DNA of 15,402 nucleotides from contig JALTXX010000009.1 of NCBI GenBank assembly GCA_027046625.1, positions 1 through 15,402 of the forward strand. The letters run 5' to 3'. Below the pieces are notes generated by a model. That model was not told the origin of the DNA. It saw nothing but the letters and a program-made list of their open reading frames with translations, and searched no databases. Source of the stretch: Candidatus Micrarchaeota archaeon (GTDB lineage Archaea > Iainarchaeota > Iainarchaeia > JAADDC01). Both the position numbers and the translations under genes were made by a program. Positions 1-9,182 of this stretch are shown here, one piece after another (the stretch's first letter is position 1; each line of letters starts with the position of its first letter).

Positions 1-505
1 CGGTTCTTTACACACCCATCTACGAATCTCATGATGTAGTTGCTCTCACTCGGAGCGGACCACCCCATGTTAACATCTAAACCATCATAGAAGGTGTAAT
101 CTACTTTGTCATGAACCTTAGCTACATATTCGGAGCCACCTGATAGTGCAACAATTGTATCGCCCCTTTCTATGTGTCTATCAAGAAGCAGGTAATACAC
201 ACAAACATTTTTGGAACACTTTTTGTATGTTTTTAGTGGTTCTTCCGTTTTGTCGTCATTTTTTACCAAAAAGGATGCCTCTACGTTGTGGTATACACTT
301 TATACCAGTTGGGTGGAATGGGAATCACCTCCTTAATGATTACAGGTGTGCCTATAGAGGTGTTTAGAATCTTCTCATTTGATTGTAATGTGTTGGAAAG
401 AGTTGTATACATTAGTATTGCGGCAGCAACTACTAAAGAAACGATCAAAATCTCGCCTATCACATGATAAGAGGCCCTTAGCTGCCCCCTATAAATCGAG
501 AACAA
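1..505 (-). pseudogene. Frameshifted class III signal peptide (pilin-like) surface protein, running off the left edge
   Basis: ORF 505-281 has RA/SYHVIGEILIVSLVVAAAILMY, a prepilin-like hydrophobic helix, and stops at TAG 283-281. A second minus-strand frame, open from 299 to base 1, reads YHNVEASFLVKNDDKTEEPLKTYKKCSKNVCVYYLLLDRHIERGDTIVALSGG...GCVKN. This implies a frameshift at 284-299 (real or sequencing error). Confidence 0.6.
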
Positions 506-890
506 CTCTTACCACCTTCTCTTCCTCATCTTTTACCATCAACCCATGAAGGGCTACAGCCTTCACATCCCCATGGGGTTCGTGCTCCTTCCGGATTTTT
601 TCTCCACATATTTTTCCTTTTACTGTGTACGGCTCTACCTCGATGTAATATCTGCTAAAGGCCATTCCTTCCGCATCCTTGAGTATGATAAGTTCCTCAA
701 GGTATTTAACTACCAGCTCCTCCCAACTATCTCCCTCCACATAAATATTCCTACATTCTACATTCTTTACCTTTTCCACATTAACCATGGCTTCAAACAG
801 TCCCTTTCCAAGTGCTTCAAATACCTCTCTCCAATTCTCTCCCTTTGCCTCTAATACCACATCCGCTGTGTGATCCAGCAGCCTATACAC
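489..890 (-). CDS. Archease (RtcB tRNA ligase activator)
   Basis: N-terminal YRLLDHTADV, C-terminal VKAVALH and VVLDL, 133 aa: the archease signature. Confidence 0.93.
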   Translation of the reverse strand: MYRLLDHTADVVLEAKGENWREVFEALGKGLFEAMVNVEKVKNVECRNIYVEGDSWEELVVKYLEELIILKDAEGMAFSRYYIEVEPYTVKGKICGEKIRKEHEPHGDVKAVALHGLMVKDEEEKVVRVVLDL

Positions 891-922
891 CTAATAAAAC
901 TTTTTAGCACCATCTTTAAACT
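891..922. promoter_or_regulatory. Divergent promoter region between archease and the sulfur-carrier/ttuA operon
   Basis: Minus-strand TTTAAA starts at 920, 30 nt before the GTG at 890. Plus-strand AATAAAA starts at 893, 30 nt before the ATG at 923. Confidence 0.5.
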
Positions 923-1123
923 ATGCGCATACGCTGGCGCATCCTTGGAAGTGATTGGAAGGAGGTGGAGACAGCTTCCACTACGGTAGAGGAGCTAATG
1001 AAAGAGCTATCTCTATCCAGAGAGGAGTATATCGCATCAAAAGGAGGGAAAGTACTTACCTTGGATTCAAAGATAGAAGATGGGGATGAAATAACATTTT
1101 TACCGGTGGTTTCTGGTGGCTAA
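923..1123 (+). CDS. ThiS/MoaD-family ubiquitin-like sulfur carrier (SAMP2/TtuB-like)
   Basis: 66 aa, ends DGDEITFLPVVSGG (C-terminal diglycine), and overlaps the start of a TtuA homologue. Confidence 0.9.
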   Translation: MRIRWRILGSDWKEVETASTTVEELMKELSLSREEYIASKGGKVLTLDSKIEDGDEITFLPVVSGG

Positions 1124-2135
1124 GTGTTCCATATGTGGTGAGGAAGCTGTATACTGTGCAAGGTACGAAGGTAGATGCTATTGTAAGGAGCATTTTATTA
1201 GATGGTTTGAGAGCAGGTTAAGAAAGACCATCAGAAAATTCAACTTCTTTGGAAAGAAAGAGCACATCATTGTGGCAGTTTCTGGGGGAAAGGATTCCCT
1301 AGCAGCCCTCTATTACCTCTCAAAACTTTCAAAGAAGGTTCCAGGTTGGAAAATAACCGCCCTCCTCATAGATGAAGGTATAGAGGGGTATAGAAACGTA
1401 ACAAAGGAGGATTTTATGAGGATTGTGTCTCAGCTTGGGGTGGACTATCATATTGTGGAGCTTAAAAGGGAGGTAGGGCTTTCTCTAGATGAGATGGTTT
1501 CTCTTTCGAAGGAAAGGGGTTTACCTTATCGCCCGTGTACCTTTTGTGGTGTAATGAGAAGGTACTATCTGAACTATTACGGGAAAAAGCTGGGCGGAAC
1601 CGTTTTAGTAACAGCTCACAACCTTGATGATGTGGTTCAAACCTTTCTACTTGATATTTTTAGGGGTGATGTAAAGAAGATACCTCGTCTTGGCCCAGTA
1701 ACAGGAGTCTCTCAACACGAAGGATTCATAAAACGTGTAAAACTCTTCTACGAGGTACCAGAAAAGGAGGTAGCCCTATATTCTATTCTTGTGGGAGTAT
1801 ATCCTCAAACCTTTGTGGAATGCCCCTATGCAAGACTTTCTCCCAGATGGAAGATAAGAGAGTTCCTCAACAATATGGAAGAGCAATATCCTGGCACGAA
1901 GTATGCCTTGCTAAGATCCCTTCTTTCCCTTGTAAGATCTCTCACATCTGAGGAACGACCCATGAAATGTGTGGTGTGTGGAGAGCCGTCCTCCACTCCT
2001 ATCTGCCGTACTTGCCAATTAAAAATAGAACTTGGCATCTTAGAACATGAACCCCTACCTCCTCCTTCTCAAGGAAGTGGAGAGCATCAGCGGAATAAGA
2101 CCACCTCTGAAGGATCCCCCTCCAGGGAAGGGTGA
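1116..2135 (+). CDS. ttuA: tRNA 2-thiolation protein TtuA/NcsA (TtcA/Ctu1 family)
   Basis: N-terminal CxxC...CxxH zinc finger, PP-loop SGGKDS, CTFC and ECPY cluster ligands, C-terminal CxxC...CxxC. The last ~30 aa overlap argS and may be spurious. Confidence 0.9.
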   Translation: MAKCSICGEEAVYCARYEGRCYCKEHFIRWFESRLRKTIRKFNFFGKKEHIIVAVSGGKDSLAALYYLSKLSKKVPGWKITALLIDEGIEGYRNVTKEDFMRIVSQLGVDYHIVELKREVGLSLDEMVSLSKERGLPYRPCTFCGVMRRYYLNYYGKKLGGTVLVTAHNLDDVVQTFLLDIFRGDVKKIPRLGPVTGVSQHEGFIKRVKLFYEVPEKEVALYSILVGVYPQTFVECPYARLSPRWKIREFLNNMEEQYPGTKYALLRSLLSLVRSLTSEERPMKCVVCGEPSSTPICRTCQLKIELGILEHEPLPPPSQGSGEHQRNKTTSEGSPSREG

Positions 2136-3690
2136 TATAGCATTACCCATAGGCTTTCTACTATCTAGAAAGTATAAAAAACCACCAGAGATGCTCTCTG
2201 AAGAGTTTGCACATTCTTTGGAGCTGTCTTTTGTGGAAAGGGCTGTTCCAGAGGGTGGCTACGTGAACATTTTCTTTGACAGGGATAAGTTTCTTCATCT
2301 CATCTGGAAGGATACCATTTCTTCTTTCTTTGGTAGCGATAGAGAGGGAAGAACCTATGTAATAGATTACTCCTCTCCCAATATTGCCAAACCCATGCAT
2401 GTGGGCCACCTCAGGAGCACCGTTATAGGGGAGTCCCTTAAGAGAATTTTATCCCACTTGGGGAACAAAGTTATTGGCCTAAACTATCTGGGAGATATAG
2501 GAACACAGTTTGGCTCCCTTCTTGTAGCCTATAAAAGATGGGTGGACAAGAAAAGACTTGAGGAAGAACCTATAAGGGAGCTCTTTCGTATCTATGTAAA
2601 GTTCCATGAAGAGGTGGAGAAGGATCCGTCCCTTGAGGAGGAAGCAAGAAAAGAGCTGGAACTCCTTGAATCAGGAGACAAAGAAAGGGTAGAGCTTTGG
2701 AAACGCTTCAAAGAGCTTTCTATAAAGGGATTTGAGCGCATTTATAATAGGCTGGGTGTATCTTTTGATGTTGTTGTAGGGGAGAGTGACTTTGTGGAGC
2801 GAGCCAAAACCCTTTCGAGGGAATTACTAGAGAGGGGAATTGCATTTATAGGAGAAGAGGGTGATAAGAAGGGAGCTATCCTTGCAAACCTTGAGGACGA
2901 AGGATTAGACCATCCAGTTCTGTTGAAAAGTGATGGAACCACCATATACCTGTCTAGAGACCTAGCTTCCCTACTCTGGAGGGCGGAACAGTTTAACCCC
3001 GACGTTCTTCTCTATGTAGTTGCTTTAGAGCAAAATCTTCACTTTAAGCAGCTTTTCTCCCTTGCAAGAAAGCTAGGAATAGAAAAGGAACTCGTTCACG
3101 TCTCCTTTGGCATGGTTCATGTGGAAGGTATGAGACTCTCTACTAGAAAAGGACAGGTACTCTTCCTTGAAGATGTGTTGGATAAGGCCGTTTCTATGGT
3201 AGGTGAAGAGATGAAACAAAGGGGTACATTCTCTCCCAACGATGCAGAAAAAATAGGAGTTTCTGCACTCACCTTTTGGATGTTAAAGACGGAGAATAAC
3301 AAGGATGTTACCTTTAGATGGAAAGATCTAACATCTTTTGGAGGAGAGAGCGGCCCTTACATCCAGTATTCCTATGTCAGAGCTAAGAACATTCTTTCAA
3401 AGACCGAAAGTAGTATGAATCCTTTCACACCCACAGATGAAGAGTGGAATCTTATCAAACTTTTCCCCTTCTTTGAGATATCTATTAGAGAATCTGCTAG
3501 AAGATATTCTCCTCACATCCTTGCAAGATATCTTCTCCAACTCTCAACACAATTTCATCACTTCTACGATCATAATAGGGTTATTGGGGATAGGAGAGAA
3601 CCTCTTCGCCTATGGATGGTGAAATCTGTTGAAAACATCCTAAAAATAGGCCAGCACCTCCTTGTCATGAAACCCCCGGAGAGGATGTGA
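2047..3690 (+). CDS. argS: Arginine--tRNA ligase
   Basis: DYSSPNIAKPMHVGHLRST (HIGH motif), NYLGDIG, KSDGTTIYLSRD, LSTRKG, GPYIQYSYVR, C-terminal PERM. Confidence 0.97.
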   Translation: MNPYLLLLKEVESISGIRPPLKDPPPGKGDIALPIGFLLSRKYKKPPEMLSEEFAHSLELSFVERAVPEGGYVNIFFDRDKFLHLIWKDTISSFFGSDREGRTYVIDYSSPNIAKPMHVGHLRSTVIGESLKRILSHLGNKVIGLNYLGDIGTQFGSLLVAYKRWVDKKRLEEEPIRELFRIYVKFHEEVEKDPSLEEEARKELELLESGDKERVELWKRFKELSIKGFERIYNRLGVSFDVVVGESDFVERAKTLSRELLERGIAFIGEEGDKKGAILANLEDEGLDHPVLLKSDGTTIYLSRDLASLLWRAEQFNPDVLLYVVALEQNLHFKQLFSLARKLGIEKELVHVSFGMVHVEGMRLSTRKGQVLFLEDVLDKAVSMVGEEMKQRGTFSPNDAEKIGVSALTFWMLKTENNKDVTFRWKDLTSFGGESGPYIQYSYVRAKNILSKTESSMNPFTPTDEEWNLIKLFPFFEISIRESARRYSPHILARYLLQLSTQFHHFYDHNRVIGDRREPLRLWMVKSVENILKIGQHLLVMKPPERM

Positions 3691-3694
3691 TAGG

Positions 3695-4615
3695 ATGGAG
3701 AAACTGGTAATAGATAACACAAAGGATGTTGCACGCTTCTGGGGACATAGGGAAATACCTCTACCATCTGTTGTAAGAGCAGACAGGAACGTAATAAGAA
3801 CAATAGGTGGAAAGCTAGCGTCAGCAGCCTTTGTTCCAGAGAAGGGCACACTTATCGTGCCTGAAAACACCTCCAAGGAAGAGTTAGTAGCGGAGCTGGC
3901 CCACTTCCTTAGATACCTCCATGTTGGAGATAGGTTTATGTTAGAACACAAACCCGTGGAGGAGTTTATAGAGCATCTCACAACAAGAGGGCTGGGTGTT
4001 AGAGAGCCCTTGACGCCTGGGAAGACAAAGGTATTAAGAAAGGCTTCCACCGATCTATTAAGAGAGCTGGTAAGAGTCCATAAGTTTTTGGGTGATGTAT
4101 CTAATAAACTACGAGAAAGAAAAAGTGAGAAAGCTGCAAAATTTGTGGAAACAGAGAGAAGAAAGCTAGAAAAATATTTGGAAGCTTTTGTGAGAGGTAA
4201 GACAGTAGAGCTTACCAGCTTTTTCAATACGATATCAACGGCAGAGAACATAGCAAAAATGTTTATGGATGACCCAAAACTAGTAAGCGTAAACTACAAG
4301 CTTCTGTTTGAGCTCAACAATGAAGGTCTTCAGCAAATATTTGACCATTGGCCATACCTCCTGGCAGAGTTTCATGTGGAGCGTGTAAAGAAGCTCAAAC
4401 CAGATGAAAGGAAGAGGTTATTAGAAGAGGCGCACCACAGGTTTCCAGAGCTTGCTCTGGAGTATCTCGAGCAAGAAGACAGAGAAGTGGCATCCTACCT
4501 GAGAAAGCTGTTTAAAAACAGTAGTAGAACAACAATGGAAAAGCTACTGACAAAAGCTAGGTTTTACAAGAATGTCTTACTGGCAAAGTTAAGAGGAAAA
4601 ACGGTAAAGGTTTAA
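3695..4615 (+). CDS. Hypothetical protein (helical, K/E-rich)
   Basis: 306-aa ORF 4 nt after argS on the same strand, with a composition like its neighbours. No clear family; ELVAELAHFL resembles a degenerate HExxH. Confidence 0.8.
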   Translation: MEKLVIDNTKDVARFWGHREIPLPSVVRADRNVIRTIGGKLASAAFVPEKGTLIVPENTSKEELVAELAHFLRYLHVGDRFMLEHKPVEEFIEHLTTRGLGVREPLTPGKTKVLRKASTDLLRELVRVHKFLGDVSNKLRERKSEKAAKFVETERRKLEKYLEAFVRGKTVELTSFFNTISTAENIAKMFMDDPKLVSVNYKLLFELNNEGLQQIFDHWPYLLAEFHVERVKKLKPDERKRLLEEAHHRFPELALEYLEQEDREVASYLRKLFKNSSRTTMEKLLTKARFYKNVLLAKLRGKTVKV

Positions 4616-4621
4616 ACAGCC

Positions 4622-5425
4622 TTAGCCTTTACTAATACCTTCAATAAACTTCTTTGCAGCTTCCCCAATGAGGGGAGAGTAACCTCCTTCTAAGACAGCC
4701 ACCCAACTCCACTCCCTAATCCTTTCCCCTAGCTCATAAAAAGCCTTGGGGGTAAGGGAAAAGTAGGTTAGAGGATCTGAGTATAACCCATCAAACCCTA
4801 GGGAAACCACAATAAACTCAACCCCTCTTTCCTGAAAGAACCTAAATGCCATTTCAAGGAACTCCGCAAACTCTTTATCTGTAAGGGAGTGGTATACAGG
4901 CATATTAAATCTCCTTTTGTCAGAGGATCTTCCCGTTCCTGGATACCCTGACCCCATGTGTACGGATGCGTACACCGCGTTTTCTGGCAGCAGCTCCTCT
5001 GTACCATTTCCATGGTGGGCATCCACATCTAATATACCTACCTTTTCCTCTTTTGAGATGGCTGAAAATACTGCGTTATTGAAAATACAGAAGCCCATAC
5101 CTTTATTTCTGGTTGCATGGTGTCCGGGTGGTCTTGTAAGGATGAGAGAACCTTCTTTTGCATAGTAGGAAGCTGTAGCTGCCCTCGCAGCTATCTGATA
5201 TGTATAAGGTGTTACATACGTATCTGGATCCAGCCATCCCACATATGTTTTTACCAGCGAGATGTATTCTGGATGGTGTACCCTTTCAAGAAGTGACTCA
5301 TCTACCCTCTCCCATTCCCTTGAGTACCCCACCTCCTTTACGATCCATTCTACCCTTTCTGGTTTTTCGGGGTGGTTTGGATAATAATGTCTCTCGTGGT
5401 CTTTTATGGTAATGATTTTAACCAA
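4622..5425 (-). CDS. Zn-dependent histone deacetylase family protein (HDAC/AcuC-like)
   Basis: HPEKPER, RPPGHHA, GFCIFNN, DVDAHHGNGT, GFD...DPL and LEGGY motifs. TTG start preceded by GGAGGTGA. Confidence 0.93.
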   Translation of the reverse strand: MVKIITIKDHERHYYPNHPEKPERVEWIVKEVGYSREWERVDESLLERVHHPEYISLVKTYVGWLDPDTYVTPYTYQIAARAATASYYAKEGSLILTRPPGHHATRNKGMGFCIFNNAVFSAISKEEKVGILDVDAHHGNGTEELLPENAVYASVHMGSGYPGTGRSSDKRRFNMPVYHSLTDKEFAEFLEMAFRFFQERGVEFIVVSLGFDGLYSDPLTYFSLTPKAFYELGERIREWSWVAVLEGGYSPLIGEAAKKFIEGISKG

Positions 5426-6243
5426 TTAGATATCACCTCCGCTACAGAAACAACACTCTCCTTTCTTTGGATAGTATCCGTTACAATTACCTCTCCTTTT
5501 TCTTTCAGTCTCTCCCACCCTGGGGAGAATACTCCGTGTACCCCCACAAACAACACCTTCTTAGCCTCTACATACCCAGAAGCCATTAGCATGGTAGCTC
5601 CCGACCCAATAATATCGTCCACTATGGCTACAACCTCCCCTCCAACTCTCTCTCCCTTTAAACGAACCCTCCCACTATACCTATCCCTCTCCTTGTGAAA
5701 TACTACACTTTCCCCACCTAACACCTTGTTTACCCTCTCCACTAAATCATTAGCGCCCTCATCTGGAGCAACTATTATGTCCACACCCCTCTCTTTGAGA
5801 AATTTCCCTATTACCTCCGCTGCTGAAAGAGAATGTACCTCCTTTCCAAAGAGATGATGTGTACCTATCCTCCTTGCAAAGTGCGGTTCCACCGATGCGA
5901 ATCTTTCAACTGGCAAAGCCCTTCCAAACACCTCCGCAGATACAGGCTCTCCCCTAAGGAACACCTTATCCTGCCTTCCATACCCAAAGTATGGTATTAT
6001 TACCTCTACGCTATCTGTAATTCTCTTTGCAGCGTCCACCAATAGAAGGAGTTCTACCCAGTTTCTGTCCGGCTGGTGGGTAGATCCAATAACTACAATC
6101 CTCTCATCTTCCTCTGGTATTCGAACGTACAACTCTCCATCTCTAAATTCCTTTACAAGAGGCAACACCACCCTTTCTTCCATTATCCTCCCGATCCGCT
6201 CCGCCAATAGCCTTGATACCCGTGTAGGAACTATCACACACAA
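5404..6243 (-). CDS. prs: Ribose-phosphate pyrophosphokinase
   Basis: FRDGELYVRI, IPYFGYGRQDK, APDEGA, and the PRPP-binding loop VDDIIGSGATM. The start may be the GTG at 6237. Confidence 0.94.
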   Translation of the reverse strand: MCVIVPTRVSRLLAERIGRIMEERVVLPLVKEFRDGELYVRIPEEDERIVVIGSTHQPDRNWVELLLLVDAAKRITDSVEVIIPYFGYGRQDKVFLRGEPVSAEVFGRALPVERFASVEPHFARRIGTHHLFGKEVHSLSAAEVIGKFLKERGVDIIVAPDEGANDLVERVNKVLGGESVVFHKERDRYSGRVRLKGERVGGEVVAIVDDIIGSGATMLMASGYVEAKKVLFVGVHGVFSPGWERLKEKGEVIVTDTIQRKESVVSVAEVISNWLKSLP

Positions 6244-6305
6244 ACAACCTCTCCAAAGTTTTTAACCTTCACCCTCCAAACATTACAGATAGACCCCTAC
6301 TTTAC

Positions 6306-6380
6306 GGGCCCGTAGCTCAGCCTGGTAAGAGCGCTCGCCTGATAAGCGAGAGGTCCGGGGTTCAAATCCCCGCGGGCCCA
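6306..6380 (+). tRNA. tRNA-Ile(GAT)
   Basis: Acceptor GGGCCCG/CGGGCCC+A, anticodon arm CTCGC-CT GAT AA-GCGAG, T-loop TTCAAAT. No intron; CCA not encoded. Confidence 0.96.
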
Positions 6381-6425
6381 CTTTAGTGCATAACTTGTTA
6401 AACCCTCGCTGAACAAAATAGTATA

Positions 6426-6634
6426 ATGTTACCTCCGCTTGTGCCAGTGTTGGTTACCACAATAGTAGGGTGTGGTGGGAGGTTGTGGAGATTGCGGCCT
6501 TCCTTCGATACATCCCACGCTTCTTTGAGATGTACGCCCAGACAGAGTATCCACTAAACCTCCTAGTAATAGAACTCATCGTAGGAACGCTTGGAGCTAC
6601 CGTAATGACGTTAACAGCTACCCTTTTCCTTTAA
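6426..6634 (+). pseudogene. Possible frameshifted small membrane-protein fragment
   Basis: ATG 6426 gives MLPPLVPVLVTTIVG. Shifting frame at GGG 6468-6470 gives VWWEVVEIAAFLRY...LVIELIVGTLGATVMTLTATLFL, stopping at TAA 6632-6634. Two hydrophobic segments. Confidence 0.35.
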
Positions 6635-7557
6635 ACCCTTCTTACACCATCTCCACAGCGAGATATCACATACTCTACTCCCAATTCCTCAGCAATAGCC
6701 TTTGCAATGCCTTCTCCCTCTTTGGTGGTGATGACGTGCACTGTGGGGCCTGCATCCATGGTGGGATAGAGGTGATCCCCTCTGTGACTGTTAACTTCTC
6801 TCAATACCTCTAGGGTTTTAGGCTCAAAGTATATAATATCAGAAGAAATTGCTACAGCCATAAGTCCGTTCATCTCATCCACGATAACCCTTCCTAACAT
6901 TTCTATGTCTCTCTTCTCTAACGCTGTTCTTGCGAGCCACCAGTTCTTCCAGGCCTCCTTTACCCTTACCATGTTATAGTCCCCTGCCTTTTTGTGTCCT
7001 TCCCAGCTGGAAACCTTTTTGTGCTCCTTGGAGATGATGAAGGTTACCACCCTCAAATCCCAGTAATCTTTGGGAAACACCACCCTTGCATAGGAATCTT
7101 CATGGGTTTCCCCATACAACCATTCACTGTAGTTTCCTGGTACAGACCTGGCAGCAGACCCAGATCCTACTCTAGCCACAGTAGACAACTCTCTTGTGTC
7201 CAACTTTATTCCCTCCTCCCATAGGACAGCCGCTGCCAGGGCAGACATGGATGCAGAGGATGATGCTATGCCCGTCCCTGTGGGAATATTTGACTCAGAA
7301 TATACCCTATAATGACCTACTCCATACCTTTCTCTCATAAATTCCATTAGCTTTCTGGGTTTTTCCTCCAGCTTTCCCCCCAATCTTGTACCGTTAAGGT
7401 AGAACTCATCCTTATCTGATGGCTCAACCTCCACGGTGGTATAAAACCCATCCAGGTTCATGGCTATAGAAGGGTTAAGTGGTAAAAACAAACGCTCATC
7501 AATAAAACCCCAATACTTTACAAACGCCAAACTAGGATGGGATACTACCTTTACCAT
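6631..7557 (-). CDS. mvaD: Mevalonate-5-(di)phosphate decarboxylase family (GHMP), likely phosphomevalonate decarboxylase
   Basis: AFVKYWG, GIASSSA, ARVGSGSAARS, and TMDAGP with the catalytic Asp retained. Overlaps the IPK gene. Confidence 0.9.
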   Translation of the reverse strand: MVKVVSHPSLAFVKYWGFIDERLFLPLNPSIAMNLDGFYTTVEVEPSDKDEFYLNGTRLGGKLEEKPRKLMEFMRERYGVGHYRVYSESNIPTGTGIASSSASMSALAAAVLWEEGIKLDTRELSTVARVGSGSAARSVPGNYSEWLYGETHEDSYARVVFPKDYWDLRVVTFIISKEHKKVSSWEGHKKAGDYNMVRVKEAWKNWWLARTALEKRDIEMLGRVIVDEMNGLMAVAISSDIIYFEPKTLEVLREVNSHRGDHLYPTMDAGPTVHVITTKEGEGIAKAIAEELGVEYVISRCGDGVRRV

Positions 7558-8321
7558 GTTATCAATGTCCCCCTAACCTTTTTTCCCTTAAGGAACGCCT
7601 CCACATTTTCAGGGGTGCCCTCAAAGATGTAGGAATCTATGCCCATCTTTGCCAGCTCGATCAACATCTCTACCTTATGTTTCATTCCTCCTGTTACATC
7701 AATCCCATGTGATCCAGATAAATATTGCATTATCTCCCCTGCGTTGCTCTTGTCTATTCTTTCTATCAACTCAGCATCCTCTGTTTGCTTCGGATCTGCT
7801 GTATATACTCCTCCCACCTCTTCTGCCATTCCAATAGCCTTTATCCCTTTCATAACCTTTACTAATTTGTAGATTATGGTCTCTGTAGAGTAGATGTTGC
7901 ATCCCTTTTTTCTATCCATTACCACGTCTCCATGGAATACGGGGATGAACCCCTTCTCTATAGCCACTTCAAGAGGCTCTGTGTATAGTTCTCCTCCTTC
8001 CACTACAAAGGAGTTTGGATGGAAGGAAATAGCTGGTACACCCTCCTCATGGAGAGCTCTCATGAATAGCTGGTTTATCCACACTGCATCGTAGTGTACA
8101 ATGCCAGCCCCTAAAAGGGAATTACTATCTTTACAGCCTTCCTTTGTCCTATACTTCTTGGCAGAGGTGTGGGGAAAGGAACCCCCTCCATGCCCTATTA
8201 GGAAGGTGTTACCTATTGCTCTCTTAACTGCAGCCGCAATCTCTCTCATTCTTTCCTCTCTGGGGGTGTAGGGTTTGTCTTTTTCTGTGATGAGAGAGCC
8301 TCCTATCTTTATTATTCTCAC
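7551..8321 (-). CDS. ipk: Isopentenyl phosphate kinase
   Basis: Amino-acid-kinase fold: KIGGSLITEK, HGGGSFPH (IPK-specific His), PVFHGDVV, DVTGGMKHK. GTG 8321 chosen over TTG 8342 because TTAAAAA lies 31 nt upstream. Confidence 0.92.
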   Translation of the reverse strand: MRIIKIGGSLITEKDKPYTPREERMREIAAAVKRAIGNTFLIGHGGGSFPHTSAKKYRTKEGCKDSNSLLGAGIVHYDAVWINQLFMRALHEEGVPAISFHPNSFVVEGGELYTEPLEVAIEKGFIPVFHGDVVMDRKKGCNIYSTETIIYKLVKVMKGIKAIGMAEEVGGVYTADPKQTEDAELIERIDKSNAGEIMQYLSGSHGIDVTGGMKHKVEMLIELAKMGIDSYIFEGTPENVEAFLKGKKVRGTLITW

Positions 8322-8389
8322 AGCTTTACCCTTTCTTATCAATGCTTTTTAAGCTACACTGTTGCCATCGTTCTTTGACGAACTTACCT

Positions 8390-9040
8390 TCACTTTAGTT
8401 CCTTGTGGCAGAACCACCAGTCAAAACACTCCACCTCTCCCCTCTCTTCCATCTCTTTCCTCTTCTTGATGTCTTCTACTGTCTGGGGTGGTGGCACAAT
8501 AACCCTGTCCCCTATTATCTCATTCTCTGGCCATTTATGTGGCAGTGCCACCCCGTTTTCTGCACTTACCTTCAACGCCTTTGCCAGTCTGAGGATTTCA
8601 TCCCAGTCTCTTCCAACTTCCATAGGATAGTAGACAATAGCACGTATAATGCCAAGGTTGTCTACAATGAAAACGGCTCTGGCAGTAGATGTGTTACCCT
8701 CTGGTATCATTCCTAGTTCCCTTGCAATATTTCCATTTTCATCTGCTATAATGGGGAAGGATATGTCCACACCTAGCTTTTCTTTGATCCATTCTATCCA
8801 CTTTATGTGGGAGAATATCTGGTCCACTGATAACCCAATCGGCTCTACTCCCAATTCCCTAAACTTGTCCACCCTCTTTTCCAGCGCATAGAACTCTGTG
8901 GTACATACCGGTGTAAAGTCTGCGGGGTGTGAAAACAGCATAAACCACTTCCCCTGCTTCGTGTAGTACTCGGGCAGCTTAAATATACCGTGTGTAGTTT
9001 TTACTACAACCTCGGGAAACTTCTCTCCCAGCACCTTCAT
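8390..9040 (-). CDS. Archaeal peroxiredoxin (Prx6-type)
   Basis: [13 protein letters not shown] peroxidatic motif and C-terminal CFDWWFC. ATG 9040 preferred because TTTTAA lies 29 nt upstream. Confidence 0.95.
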   Translation of the reverse strand: MKVLGEKFPEVVVKTTHGIFKLPEYYTKQGKWFMLFSHPADFTPVCTTEFYALEKRVDKFRELGVEPIGLSVDQIFSHIKWIEWIKEKLGVDISFPIIADENGNIARELGMIPEGNTSTARAVFIVDNLGIIRAIVYYPMEVGRDWDEILRLAKALKVSAENGVALPHKWPENEIIGDRVIVPPPQTVEDIKKRKEMEERGEVECFDWWFCHKELK

Positions 9041-9093
9041 GTTGATATACATCCACGGACTCATTAAAACATTTACCTACCCCTTACATACAG

Positions 9094-9177
9094 GCGGGGG
9101 TGCCCGAGCGGCCAAAGGGGCCGGATTCAGGGTCCGGTGGGTCAGTCCCTTCGTGGGTTCGAATCCCACCCCCCGCA
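9094..9177 (+). tRNA. tRNA-Leu(CAG)
   Basis: Acceptor GCGGGGG/CCCCCGC+A, anticodon arm CCGGA-TT CAG GG-TCCGG, long variable arm, TTCGAAT. Confidence 0.95.
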
Positions 9178-9182
9178 TAATG

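Noticed and set aside
3640-4251. 203-aa antisense ORF and the other short opposite-strand ORFs in the track
   Set aside because: These are S/F/L/P-rich shadows of purine-rich real genes with no motifs.
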